This document shows, in pieces, positions 8,893 to 18,908 of a stretch of 64,000 nucleotides of DNA (the first letter of the stretch is position 1; every line of letters begins with the position of its first letter). The notes under the pieces were generated by a model, which had not been told where the DNA came from, ran no database searches, and saw only the letters and a list, made by a program, of their open reading frames with translations. Location: assembly GCA_034520665.1 (NCBI GenBank), contig JAXHNJ010000002.1:544660-608659 (forward strand). The letters run 5' to 3'. The translations under genes were made by a program, and so were the position numbers. This DNA comes from Patescibacteria group bacterium (GTDB taxonomy: Bacteria > Patescibacteriota > Patescibacteriia > JAXHNJ01).

Positions 8893-9252
8893 ATGGCAAA
8901 AATACAAATTGTTGAAAATAATTTTGAAAGACAGAAAGTTTTGAAAGTAGCTTTTCAAGAGGAGGGTAATAAGGTTAGTCTACCTTCTAATCTGTCTAGT
9001 GCTTGGACTGAGATTATGAATATAAATCTTCGGCCAGAATTGATAATTATCAGTTTAGAAAATAATAAACATAAGTTTATCCTTCGTTTGTTAGCTAAAA
9101 GTTTTCCCAATTTACCAGCTATTATTTTATACCGGATCAGAAATCAGTACCAAGATTTAGATCTTCAGGAAAACTGGCATCTATTTAAAATGCCTTTCAA
9201 TCCCATGTCTTTAGCTAAATGGGCTGGGAAAATTTTAACACGTGTACATTGA
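8893..9252 (+). CDS. Degenerate single-domain receiver (CheY-like) protein
   Basis: KIQIVEN..., PELIIIS (phospho-Asp position is Ser), LPAIIL, FKMPF. Confidence 0.5.
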   Translation: MAKIQIVENNFERQKVLKVAFQEEGNKVSLPSNLSSAWTEIMNINLRPELIIISLENNKHKFILRLLAKSFPNLPAIILYRIRNQYQDLDLQENWHLFKMPFNPMSLAKWAGKILTRVH

Positions 9253-9350
9253 TTTATTTTTTAAAGCCTTCTTAAAATATAAGAAGGCTTTTTTACTTGA
9301 CGAAAGAGATTATTTTTATTAGAATAAACTATCTAACGTTATATTTTTTT

Positions 9351-11234
9351 ATGTCCAAAAAAGAAGAAAAATCTGAAAAAAAGTCTGACTCTGATTCCAA
9401 AGAGGAAGTAACCAAAGAAGAGAAAAAGACTATTGAATTGCCGGAAAAAATTACGGTTAAGAATTTAGCGGAAAAAATAAAAATGCCGGTAACTGAAGTT
9501 ATTGCTGAGTTGATGAAAAATGGAGTGCTAGCTTCTCAGAATGAAAGTATTGATTTTGAGACGGCTTCTATTATTGCTGATGAGATGGGTTTTGAGGCCA
9601 ATCAAGTGAAAAAGGCTGATAAAGTGGAAGAAAAAAAAGATGCTAAATTAGAAGAAGCTTTAGAGCAAAGCCAAGAAGAAAATTTGGTACTCCGCCCGCC
9701 AGTGGTGGTAGTTTTGGGTCATGTTGATCATGGCAAGACTCTGTTATTGGACGCTATTCGCGAAACTAAAGTCATTGATACGGAGCATGGTGGTATTACT
9801 CAACATATTGGGGCTTACCAAGTCAAAGAAAAAAGTCAGCTAATAACTTTTATTGATACACCTGGCCATGCTGCTTTTACAGCTATGCGTTCAAGAGGAG
9901 CTAAAATAGCTGATATCGCTATTTTGGTTATTGCGGCTGATGACAGTATCAAGCCCCAAACCAAAGAAGCTCTGCAAATTATTAAAGCGGCTAAGATCCC
10001 TTATATAATAGCTATTAATAAAATTGATAAGGCTGAAGCTGATGTCAATCGGGTGATGAAAGACCTGGCTGATCATGATTTACTGCCAGAAGAATGGGGT
10101 GGAGATACTATTACTGTAGAAGTTTCTGCTTTAGAAAAGAAAGGTTTGGATGACCTTTTATCCATGGTGCTTTTGGTTTATGATATGGAAAAAGATTATA
10201 TCAAAGCTGATCCCTCTGGTCAGGCTATAGGCTCAATTATTGAAAGTCATATTGACAAAGGTGAAGGACCAGTGGCCACGGTTTTAATTCATTCAGGTAC
10301 TTTAGAGGTAGGTAATGATGTGACAGTGGGTGATGTTTGGGGTCGTATTAAAGCCATGAAGGATTTTAAGGGTGGCGAAATCGAAAAAGCTAAACCTTCA
10401 ACGCCAGTTAAAATACTCGGTCTTAAAGGTTTGCCAGTAGTCGGGGATATAATTTCAGTAACCGAAGATTTAAAAGAGTTTAAAAAGAAAGCCAAACAAT
10501 ATCGCCATGACAAACATTTGATTAAACCAAGCGAGACAAGAATTGAAACCAAAAAGCAAAAAGACGAAGAGGAAGAAAAGACTGAAGAAAAAGAAGAAAA
10601 AAGAGAAGACAGTTTAAAATTAATACTGAAAGCCGATAACCTGGGCTCTCTGGAAGCAATTATGGAAAGCCTGAAAAAATATCAGCATGAAGAAGTAAGA
10701 CTGGTTGTGGTTTACAGTGGTCTGGGCAATATCACCGAAGCTGATATGTTAAAAGCTGAAGCTACCGGCGCTATAGTCCGTGGTTTTAATGTTTCCGCCA
10801 ATAAATCAGCAGAAAACCTGGCTCATGAAAAGGGAATGGAGTATAAAATTTATAAAGTTATTTACGAGCTTTTTGAAGAAATAAAATTAAAAATGGAAGA
10901 ACTTTTAAAGCCCACAATAGAAGAAAAATTAATAGGACGTATGAAAGTTTTAGCTGTATTCCGGACAGAGAAAAAATTAATGATTGTTGGCGGGCGGGTA
11001 ACTTACGGAAAATTTGAAACTGGCATGAAAGCTAAAGTTTTAAGAAACAAGGAGGAAATTGGACGAGGCAAAATTACAAAATTACAAATAGAAGACAAGG
11101 CAGTTAAAGAAGTAGAAAAAGGCCGAGAATGTGGTGTCACCTTTAAGGGTAAAGTAAAAATTGAGGAAAACGATACCATTGAGGTTTTTGAGGAGGAAAA
11201 AATATATAAAAAGATTAATATTAATAATGCCTAG
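9351..11234 (+). CDS. infB: Translation initiation factor IF-2
   Basis: [35 protein letters not shown]; ATG at 9351 preferred over the upstream TTG. Confidence 0.98.
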   Translation: MSKKEEKSEKKSDSDSKEEVTKEEKKTIELPEKITVKNLAEKIKMPVTEVIAELMKNGVLASQNESIDFETASIIADEMGFEANQVKKADKVEEKKDAKLEEALEQSQEENLVLRPPVVVVLGHVDHGKTLLLDAIRETKVIDTEHGGITQHIGAYQVKEKSQLITFIDTPGHAAFTAMRSRGAKIADIAILVIAADDSIKPQTKEALQIIKAAKIPYIIAINKIDKAEADVNRVMKDLADHDLLPEEWGGDTITVEVSALEKKGLDDLLSMVLLVYDMEKDYIKADPSGQAIGSIIESHIDKGEGPVATVLIHSGTLEVGNDVTVGDVWGRIKAMKDFKGGEIEKAKPSTPVKILGLKGLPVVGDIISVTEDLKEFKKKAKQYRHDKHLIKPSETRIETKKQKDEEEEKTEEKEEKREDSLKLILKADNLGSLEAIMESLKKYQHEEVRLVVVYSGLGNITEADMLKAEATGAIVRGFNVSANKSAENLAHEKGMEYKIYKVIYELFEEIKLKMEELLKPTIEEKLIGRMKVLAVFRTEKKLMIVGGRVTYGKFETGMKAKVLRNKEEIGRGKITKLQIEDKAVKEVEKGRECGVTFKGKVKIEENDTIEVFEEEKIYKKININNA

Positions 11235-11571
11235 TCGTCGTATAAAAAAAGTTAATGAACTTATACGTCAGGAATTATCTGATATAATCAGACAGGAAAT
11301 TGAATGGCCTGAGGGTTGTTTAGTGACTGTAAAAAAGGCAGATACTGCGGCTGATTTAGAGGAGACAAAAATAGGGGTTTCTGTGCTACCGACTGAAAAA
11401 AGAGATAAAATTTTAAACTTACTCAAAAAGAATATTTATCAAATTCAGCAGAGTTTAAACCATAAATTAGTCATGAGGGTAGTGCCTAAGCTTGATTTTT
11501 ATATTGATAAAAGTGAAGAAAAAGCCCAGCGCATAAACCATTTGCTTGACAAAGTAAGTAAAAAAAGATAA
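11227..11571 (+). CDS. rbfA: Ribosome-binding factor A
   Basis: [21 protein letters not shown]...RVVPKLDFYIDKS; follows infB. Confidence 0.93.
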   Translation: MPSRRIKKVNELIRQELSDIIRQEIEWPEGCLVTVKKADTAADLEETKIGVSVLPTEKRDKILNLLKKNIYQIQQSLNHKLVMRVVPKLDFYIDKSEEKAQRINHLLDKVSKKR

Positions 11572-11597
11572 TATTGCTTGTTAAGTAATATTTTAAA

Positions 11598-12578
11598 ATG
11601 ACTGAAATAAAACAAAATTTTAACAAGCTTAATCAGTTAATATTATCTTCAGAGAAAATATTAGTTTCTACTCATGAAAAACCCGACGGAGACGCTATTG
11701 GCTCTATGCTTTCTTTGGCTTATTATTTTGAAGATATTAAACAAGAATATCTTTGTTTTACCGAAAATGAAATTATTGATAATTTTTATTTCCTGCCGGG
11801 AGTAGAAAGAATAAAAAATGAAATTAAAGAAATTAATGATTTTGATCTGATTATTTTTGTTGATGTCGGTGATGTAAAAAGGGCTGATATTTTTTCTTAC
11901 CTAAAAAAGGCTGATTTAAGACAAATAAAAATGGTTAATATAGACCATCATTATACGATTCTGGGTGATTATGCCTCTGATTTTGATTTAAATATTATTA
12001 ATTTAGAAGTTTCCTCTGTTTCTGAAATTATATATTATTTTTTTGATTATATCGGAGCCGAAAATAATAAAGAAAAGGCCACTAATTTATTGACCGGCAT
12101 ACTAACAGATACGGGCTGTTTTTCTAATTTGGGTACTACGGTAAACTCTTTTTCAGTAGCGGCTAATCTTCTTAATAAAGGAGCTAATTTAAAAAAGATT
12201 TGTGATAAAACTATGAAAAAAAATAATATTATTACTTTCCGACTTTGGGGAAGAGCTTTATCAAGACTGAAAAAAAATAAAAAGACCGGCGTAGTCACTT
12301 CTATTATTACCCAAAAAGATCTAAAAGAATGCGGTGCTAGCTCGGACTCAACCGAAGGTATTAGTAATTTTTTAAATTCATTAGCTGAAGCCAAGTTCAC
12401 TCTTTTGTTAAAAGAGGAAGAGGAGGGTCTGATTAAGGGCTCTCTGCGCACGACCAGAAATGATGTGGATGTTTCTAAGGTAGCGGCTCATTTTGGCGGC
12501 GGCGGCCACAAAAAAGCAGCCGGTTTTTCGGTTAAAGGTAAATTAGTCGAAACTAAGGATGGTTGGAAAATAAAATAA
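11598..12578 (+). CDS. nrnA: DHH/DHHA1 oligoribonuclease / pAp phosphatase
   Basis: HEKPDGDAIGS, IDHH, TDTG, SLR, GGGGHKKAAG. Confidence 0.92.
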   Translation: MTEIKQNFNKLNQLILSSEKILVSTHEKPDGDAIGSMLSLAYYFEDIKQEYLCFTENEIIDNFYFLPGVERIKNEIKEINDFDLIIFVDVGDVKRADIFSYLKKADLRQIKMVNIDHHYTILGDYASDFDLNIINLEVSSVSEIIYYFFDYIGAENNKEKATNLLTGILTDTGCFSNLGTTVNSFSVAANLLNKGANLKKICDKTMKKNNIITFRLWGRALSRLKKNKKTGVVTSIITQKDLKECGASSDSTEGISNFLNSLAEAKFTLLLKEEEEGLIKGSLRTTRNDVDVSKVAAHFGGGGHKKAAGFSVKGKLVETKDGWKIK

Positions 12579-12644
12579 GTCTTTTTAATTTGATATTTAG
12601 ACCCTAATAAGTTATAATAATTAAACCATTAATCCTTATTATTT

Positions 12645-13244
12645 ATGAGTGATATAAAAGACCAAACCTTAATTCCGATGGTTGTGGAAAAATCAGCCCG
12701 CGGAGAAAGAGCTTATGATATTTATTCACGTCTTTTAAAAGAAAGAATAATATTTTTGGGTTCAGCCATTTCTGATCCCTTGGCTAATAATATTATCGCT
12801 CAGCTTTTGTTTTTAGAAAGCGAAGATAAAGATAAAGATATTAAACTCTATATAAATACCCCGGGCGGTTCAGTCACGGCTGGCATGGCTATTTATGACA
12901 CTATGCAGTATGTTAAGCCTGACGTCACTACTATTTGTGTCGGCTTAGCGGCTTCTATGGGGGCAGTGCTTTTATCAGCTGGTAAAAAAGGTAAAAGATT
13001 GGCTCTACCTAATTCAGAAGTTCTACTGCATCAGGTTATGGGAGAAGCCGGCGGACAAGCTACTGATATTAAAATTAGAGCCGAGCATATTTTAAATATT
13101 AAAGAACGGCTTAACAAAATACTTTCTTCTCATACCGGCCAATCATTAAAAAAGATAGAAAAAGATACCGACCGCGATTTTTTTATGTCAGTTAGTGAGG
13201 CCAAAAAATATGGCTTGATTGATAAGATAATCAGGCGAAAATAA
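12645..13244 (+). CDS. clpP: Clp protease proteolytic subunit
   Basis: [35 protein letters not shown]. Confidence 0.98.
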   Translation: MSDIKDQTLIPMVVEKSARGERAYDIYSRLLKERIIFLGSAISDPLANNIIAQLLFLESEDKDKDIKLYINTPGGSVTAGMAIYDTMQYVKPDVTTICVGLAASMGAVLLSAGKKGKRLALPNSEVLLHQVMGEAGGQATDIKIRAEHILNIKERLNKILSSHTGQSLKKIEKDTDRDFFMSVSEAKKYGLIDKIIRRK

Positions 13245-13487
13245 TAAATAAAACAGCCTAATAATAAAGGGTTAAGGGGCTGTTTTTTGTTTGAAATAAT
13301 AAGATATTGACTAATTTTTGCTCAAATCTTGCCAACTTATGAAATTTATGTTATTATTGTTTAAGCTAATTAATCAATAATTTCATGATAATTCATAAAA
13401 TAATAAGAATCGCCAAAAAGGTGTTTTCAAAAGGGCAAGTTTTTGCTTTTTTTGTACTTGAATTTTATGGATTGAGGAACCAAACAT

Positions 13488-15014
13488 ATGACAACTTCAA
13501 TTTGGATCATACTTTTAGCTGTCGGTATTCCAGGAGGTATTTTAGCCGGCTACTTTGCCCGCAAATTTTGGGCTATACGCGAATCCAGCACAGCCGAATC
13601 AAAGGCTAAAAAGTTAATTGATCAAGCAAAATCAAAACAAAAAGAAATCCTTATCAAAGCCAAGGATAAATCTCTTAAGGTAATTGATGAGGCTAAAAAA
13701 GAAGTCCAGGAAAGAAGGAGCGAAATTAAGCATCAACAAAACCGTCTTGAAAAAAGAGAGGCGCTTTTTGATCAGAAAATTCTTGATTTGGAAGATAAGC
13801 AGCAAAGATTGATTGATAAAGCCGGTAAGCTGGAAAAAATTAAAGGAAAAATACAGGAAATAAAAGATGAACAAATAGAAAAATTACAGAAGATTGCGGA
13901 ACTTTCAAAAGACGAAGCTAAAAAAGTTTTGTTGGAAAATACTGAGAATAGGATGAAAGACGAAATTTTAGCTCGTATCAGAAAGTTACAAAGTCAAGGT
14001 CAGGAAAAATTAGAAAAAGAAGCTCATAATATTCTCTCGGCGGTTATCCAGAGGATTGCTTCTTCTCATGTTTCGGAAACCACCACTACGGTAGTTAATC
14101 TTCCCTCGGATGATATGAAGGGAAGGATAATCGGACGGGAAGGCCGCAATATCAAAACTATTGAAAGATTAACTGGTGTAGAAATTATTGTTGACGACAC
14201 TCCGGAAGCTATTGTTATTTCTGGCTTTAATCCAATTAGGCGTCATCTGGCCAAGCGCGCTTTGGATAAACTAATTGCTGACGGACGGATTCATCCGGGC
14301 CGCATTGAAAAAACTATTGAAAAAGCTAAAAAAGAATTAGCGGCTGATATTAGAAAAGCTGGTGAAGAAGCCGCTTATAAAGTGGGTGTAGCCGGACTTG
14401 ATCCTAAATTAGTTAAAATTTTAGGTCGTTTAAAATACCGCACTTCCTACGGACAAAATGTACTGCAGCACTCTATTGAAGTCTCTGAAGTAGCGGCTCT
14501 TTTAGCCAAAGAGTTGGAAGCAGACGCCAGTATTTGTAAAAAAGCGGGGTTATTGCATGATATCGGTAAAGCGGTTGATCATGAAATACAAGGGGGTCAT
14601 CCGGAAATAGGCTATGATATTATTAAAAAATTTGGTTTATCAGAAGAGATTGCCTACGCGGCTAAAGCTCATCATGATGATAACCCGAAAACCTTGGAAG
14701 CCATTATTGTTAAAGTGGCTGATGCTATTTCCGGCGGACGGCCAGGAGCTCGCAAAGACACCTATGAAAATTATTTACAGAGATTAGAAGAACTGGAAAA
14801 CGTAGCCAAGTCTTTTGAAGGAGTAGAAAAATCATACGCTGTTCAAGCCGGTCGGGAAATCAGAGTTTTTGTGATGCCTAATGAAGTGGACGATTATAAA
14901 GCTACAAAAATGGCGGCTGAAATTGCTAAAAAGGTAGAAGATGAGCTGCGTTATCCCGGTGAGATTAAGGTTAATGTTATTCGGGAAAAGCGAGTGATTG
15001 AGTACGCGCGGTAA
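13488..15014 (+). CDS. rny: Ribonuclease Y
   Basis: TM, coiled coil, KH (KGRIIGREGRNI), HD (LLHDIGK). Confidence 0.98.
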   Translation: MTTSIWIILLAVGIPGGILAGYFARKFWAIRESSTAESKAKKLIDQAKSKQKEILIKAKDKSLKVIDEAKKEVQERRSEIKHQQNRLEKREALFDQKILDLEDKQQRLIDKAGKLEKIKGKIQEIKDEQIEKLQKIAELSKDEAKKVLLENTENRMKDEILARIRKLQSQGQEKLEKEAHNILSAVIQRIASSHVSETTTTVVNLPSDDMKGRIIGREGRNIKTIERLTGVEIIVDDTPEAIVISGFNPIRRHLAKRALDKLIADGRIHPGRIEKTIEKAKKELAADIRKAGEEAAYKVGVAGLDPKLVKILGRLKYRTSYGQNVLQHSIEVSEVAALLAKELEADASICKKAGLLHDIGKAVDHEIQGGHPEIGYDIIKKFGLSEEIAYAAKAHHDDNPKTLEAIIVKVADAISGGRPGARKDTYENYLQRLEELENVAKSFEGVEKSYAVQAGREIRVFVMPNEVDDYKATKMAAEIAKKVEDELRYPGEIKVNVIREKRVIEYAR

Positions 15015-15081
15015 GTTAGTTAGTGAGTAGTTGAATAGTTAGTCATTTAGTTGGTTATTAGTCAATTAAGTTAATAAAATT

Positions 15082-15879
15082 ATGAAATTAAAAATAGTTT
15101 TCTTTGGTGATATTATCGGCAAACCCGGACGGCTAGCCTTAAAAAAATTATTGCCGGAATTAAAAAAAGAGCTGAAACCGCATTTAATAGTGGCTAATGC
15201 GGAAAATTTAGCTCATGGAGTGGGTATTACAGCTAAGACTTTGGAAGAAATGAAAGAAGCCGGCGTTGATTTTTTTACCAGCGGTAACCATATTTTTGAT
15301 AAAAAGGAAGCCGAAGAATTATTAGATTTAAAAGAGATTAATGTTATTCGGCCGGCTAATTATCCGCCTGAGACACCGGGTCCGGAAGCCAAAATCCTAG
15401 ATATTGAAGGAAATAAGGTACTTATGGTAAACTTAATGGGCCGGGTCTTCATGAAGGAAGACTTTGACTGCCCTTTTCGTAAATTTGATCAGGTTTATAA
15501 AAAGTATAAAAAAGAAGAAGCAATTATTATAGTAGATTTTCACGCCGAGGCTACTTCGGAAAAAATAGCCTTTGGTCATTTTACAGATGGACGGGCTACG
15601 GCTGTGGTCGGGACTCACACTCATGTGCCAACAGCTGATAATCAAATTTTAAAAGAAGGCACTGGTTATATTTCCGACATTGGTATGGTTGGGGTTAAAA
15701 GTAGTGTTATCGGAGTGGATAAGGAAAACGTCATCAAAATGTTTAAAAGCCAAAGGCCTCTGCGCCATGAAATACCGGAAGATAAGGAAATTCAGGTTAA
15801 TGCAGTTTATCTGGAAATTGACACCAAAAGCAAAAAAGTCAAGAAAATCGAGCGAGTAGATAAATTTATTAAAATTTAA
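15082..15879 (+). CDS. ymdB: YmdB family metallophosphoesterase
   Basis: GDIIGKPG, NAEN, SGNH, DFHAEATSEK, GTHTHV. Confidence 0.93.
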   Translation: MKLKIVFFGDIIGKPGRLALKKLLPELKKELKPHLIVANAENLAHGVGITAKTLEEMKEAGVDFFTSGNHIFDKKEAEELLDLKEINVIRPANYPPETPGPEAKILDIEGNKVLMVNLMGRVFMKEDFDCPFRKFDQVYKKYKKEEAIIIVDFHAEATSEKIAFGHFTDGRATAVVGTHTHVPTADNQILKEGTGYISDIGMVGVKSSVIGVDKENVIKMFKSQRPLRHEIPEDKEIQVNAVYLEIDTKSKKVKKIERVDKFIKI

Positions 15880-15908
15880 ATATAATTAACAAAGGAGATA
15901 TAAAAAAT

Positions 15909-16238
15909 ATGAATAAAGCAAAGCTTTGCGAAAAATTAGCCGAAAGAGTTGGTATAACCAAAAAACAGTGTGAAGATGTAATGGATACTTTTGAGGAAAT
16001 TACTATTGAAGAGCTGAAAAAAGGTGAAACAGTCACTTTAACCGGTTTTGGCACTTTTCGCGCTCGCAAAAGAGAATCCCGCATGGGAGTTAACCCGCAA
16101 AATCCTTCCGAGAAAATTCGTATTCCGACCGTGATTGTACCCAAGTTCAAGGCTGGTAAAAAACTGAAAGATTCTCTTAAAGAAGAAAGTCCTGAAGAAA
16201 ATTCTGAAGAAACTCCGTCATCTCCAGAGCAGGAATAA
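15909..16238 (+). CDS. hup: HU family DNA-binding protein
   Basis: VTLTGFGTF, RMGVNPQ, PKFKAGKKLK; acidic tail. Confidence 0.95.
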   Translation: MNKAKLCEKLAERVGITKKQCEDVMDTFEEITIEELKKGETVTLTGFGTFRARKRESRMGVNPQNPSEKIRIPTVIVPKFKAGKKLKDSLKEESPEENSEETPSSPEQE

Positions 16239-16299
16239 ATATAGATTTAAAAAAGCATAATAAAAAATCCTCTTTATAAAATAAAGGGGGTTTTTTTAT

Positions 16300-16800
16300 A
16301 AGCGTTGAAAACGTCTAATCGCTTCGCTTGTTGAAGGTGTTCAAGACGCCTTAATATTATTAGAGAATTTTTATCAATTCGTCACGGCTCGGAGCAAACG
16401 GAGCGGAAAAATTTCACTAAAACATTCACAAAGATCTTTCCTCTATAATAGTGGCGTAAAGAAAATAGACCGGACTAAAGTCCGTATGAAAATAATATTT
16501 TCTTTTTTCCTAGCCACTTTCCTGCCCGACAACGGCTTCGCCGTTAGGCGAAGACAGGCGGGAGTGGCGTACTCATGAAATAGAAAATAAGGTTATACCG
16601 ACGCCCCCCTTTTACCACTTCGTCCGATCATTAAAGAGTAGATGTCAGTCGCGACTGACATCTACGGATAGCAGGCCGCATGGAGAAATCCTGTTAAATT
16701 AACCATAAGGTTCTCTCCACTTGGGTCGAGAGGGGATAGTAATGGTTAAACCTTGTCGGCAAACTTTTTTTAGTAAAAGCTCCAAAGGAAAACTTCGCCC
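16300..16800. repeat. Cluster of REP-like palindromes
   Basis: CGGACTAAAGTCCG; GCCACTTT[insert]AGTGGC; perfect 28-bp palindrome GTAGATGTCAGTCGCGACTGACATCTAC (16638-16665); TGGAGAAATC...TCTCTCCA. Confidence 0.65.
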
Positions 16801-16877
16801 TAAATTATGAAAGGAAAATAGCTGGTTTGCCGTAGGCGCGGATAAAGGCTTGACCCCTTCTTTTCACAAAAGGCGAT

Positions 16878-16912
16878 GGCTTGACCCAGGCTAACTTTAG
16901 CGCTAGAGTAAA
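16878..16912 (+). promoter_or_regulatory. Repeated promoter module, copy 1
   Basis: TTGACC-17-TAGAGT; 32/35 identical to 17556-17590. Confidence 0.7.
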
Positions 16913-16937
16913 AGAGAAATAATATTCTAAAAATATT

Positions 16938-17498
16938 ATGAATAGAGAAAGAGAAAAAGGAATTGATTTTGAAAAGCAACAAAGGCTTTTTGAAATAGAA
17001 AAAGAAGTGGCAGAGATGGAAGATAATCTGGGCAAAGAAATAGATCCGGGTATCCGCGAAACTTTGGTTTCTGTTAAAGCCCACGATTTACCGACTTCTC
17101 AGTCCTGCGAAGGCCATAATCATCGGGGCGAAGCTTTGCCCTGGATCCAGATAGAAAATCCAGCCCCGGCTGGTTGGGAGGAAGATGATAATAAAAAAGA
17201 GCTTTGGTGCCGGTGGAATAAAAGGGATGCCGATAAATTACAGATTTTATTAGATGAATGGTATGAGGAAAGAAATAAACAGGGGCAAGAAGTTCGAGAT
17301 AAACTAAAATTAGATTTAATGCCAATAAGCCAGTATCAAGCGGTCAGGCTAGAGCCAAAAGCCCAAGCTGAAATTTCCGGTAAAGGCAAAGTTACCAAAA
17401 AAATGAAAAAAGAAAGGGAAAAACAAGACCTTGAGCCTTATAAAAAAGAGATGAAGGATTTTGGGCAGTGGTTAAGAAATAAGTTTTTAGAAGAATAA
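16938..17498 (+). CDS. Hypothetical protein with IDxGI...TxxSCEGH motif
   Basis: 186-aa ORF with its own promoter and terminator. Confidence 0.75.
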   Translation: MNREREKGIDFEKQQRLFEIEKEVAEMEDNLGKEIDPGIRETLVSVKAHDLPTSQSCEGHNHRGEALPWIQIENPAPAGWEEDDNKKELWCRWNKRDADKLQILLDEWYEERNKQGQEVRDKLKLDLMPISQYQAVRLEPKAQAEISGKGKVTKKMKKEREKQDLEPYKKEMKDFGQWLRNKFLEE

Positions 17499-17555
17499 TA
17501 TTACACGGCTTTTTAAGGCGGTTTTTGTTTGCTTGCAAGCCGTAGCCTTGGCGAA

Positions 17556-17590
17556 GGCTTGACCCATGCTAACTTTAGCGCTAAACTAAA
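17556..17590 (+). promoter_or_regulatory. Repeated promoter module, copy 2
   Basis: TTGACC-17-TAAACT. Confidence 0.7.
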
Positions 17591-17644
17591 GGGGGTTTAT
17601 TTTTAGCTTTAAACTAAAAAATACTAATTATTAATTCTAATTAA

Positions 17645-17998
17645 ATGGCAATTTTCGACAAATTAAAATCAATAGGAAGTGTTTTAAAAGAGGCAAATAA
17701 AATTGAAGAGTATAAACAAATTATTGAAATTCAACAAGAGTTATTAAATCTTACACAAAAAAATGCGAGTCTAATTGATAAAAATAAAAACTTAAAAGAA
17801 AAACTAAAGCTTAAAGAAAAAATAGTATTTGAATACGACTCTTATTGGACAGTGGAAGAAGGAAGTAAAAAGGGCCCTTACTGTACTGCCTGCTGGGATA
17901 ATAAAAATAAATTAATCAGGTTACAAAGTTCTAAAACTGGATATCGTCGTTGCCCTATTTGTGACAATGTTTTTAATGTTGGTTTTCCAAATCGATAA
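17645..17998 (+). CDS. Coiled-coil plus Zn-ribbon hypothetical protein
   Basis: GPYCTACWD...CPIC. Confidence 0.75.
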   Translation: MAIFDKLKSIGSVLKEANKIEEYKQIIEIQQELLNLTQKNASLIDKNKNLKEKLKLKEKIVFEYDSYWTVEEGSKKGPYCTACWDNKNKLIRLQSSKTGYRRCPICDNVFNVGFPNR

Positions 17999-18155
17999 AA
18001 TTAAATTAAAAATTACAATCATCTAGTAAAGCGAGAAAATAAATATGTCTTTAGAAAAAATATATAGTAATTTTATTTTTTATAATATACAGTAGCTTAA
18101 TAACTATTTTAAAAGTAATAAATGGTTAATTGAGTTATTAGCTTTAATTTATGTT

Positions 18156-18527
18156 GTGCAAACATTTTTTTATTCAGCAGATATTGAGAATTTTGATAAT
18201 AATATACTTTCAGCCTTAAAAATTATTTTTTGGATAATTATATTATTAATTTCTTTTTTATTATATATAAAATCCGAAATCTCTATTAGTAGAAAAGAGG
18301 ATAGTTTTAAGACCCCGTTATTGCGAGGGCCGATATTTGTTAAATATGTGTTAAGGGGAATATTTTTTATTATATTTTATACAACCTTAAAATTAGTATG
18401 GGCACAATTAAAAATTAATTATAATAATCATTTTTTAGTATTTTTATGGGTAACTCCAGGCTTTTTATTAATAATTGAGTTTGTAAAATATATTATAAGA
18501 GTAATTAAAAAATATATAAAAAAATAA
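18156..18527 (+). CDS. Small 3-TM membrane protein (start uncertain)
   Basis: Three hydrophobic segments; very AT-rich. Confidence 0.5.
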   Translation: MQTFFYSADIENFDNNILSALKIIFWIIILLISFLLYIKSEISISRKEDSFKTPLLRGPIFVKYVLRGIFFIIFYTTLKLVWAQLKINYNNHFLVFLWVTPGFLLIIEFVKYIIRVIKKYIKK

Positions 18528-18554
18528 AACCTTATCCAGAATTTTTAAAAACAT

Positions 18555-18776
18555 ATGAACCAAGAAGAATTTAGAAAAATTACTCAGGAATATGTAGAAT
18601 TTGAAAAAAAATATAGTGATTGGGTGAGAAATAATGTACCAACATCATGGAGTAATAGGGGTGTCAAAAAGGTAGTTCCAATAACAAAAGAAGTATTAGA
18701 TGAATGGACGAAAATGAAAAGCGTGTTAGAAGAAAAAGAAAAAAAGTTCCATGATGCTGCCTCTGAATTTATTTAA
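18555..18776 (+). CDS. Hypothetical protein
   Basis: 73-aa helical ORF with ATG start. Confidence 0.6.
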   Translation: MNQEEFRKITQEYVEFEKKYSDWVRNNVPTSWSNRGVKKVVPITKEVLDEWTKMKSVLEEKEKKFHDAASEFI

Positions 18777-18908
18777 ACTAGATAAATAGTTTATTATTTA
18801 TATATAAACATGAATTTTTTTATGAGTTTATTTTTGTATTTATGTGAAAAAATATAACTAATTACTAATTATACTAAATATACTAAACTTATTAAGTACT
18901 AATTTTAT

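Noticed and set aside
8611-8958. 115-aa minus-strand ORF and similar antisense ORFs (e.g. 12047-12451, 16800-17084, 26282-26482, 44162-44536, 61656-61850)
   Set aside because: They shadow better-supported genes or leaders on the other strand and show no motifs or RBS
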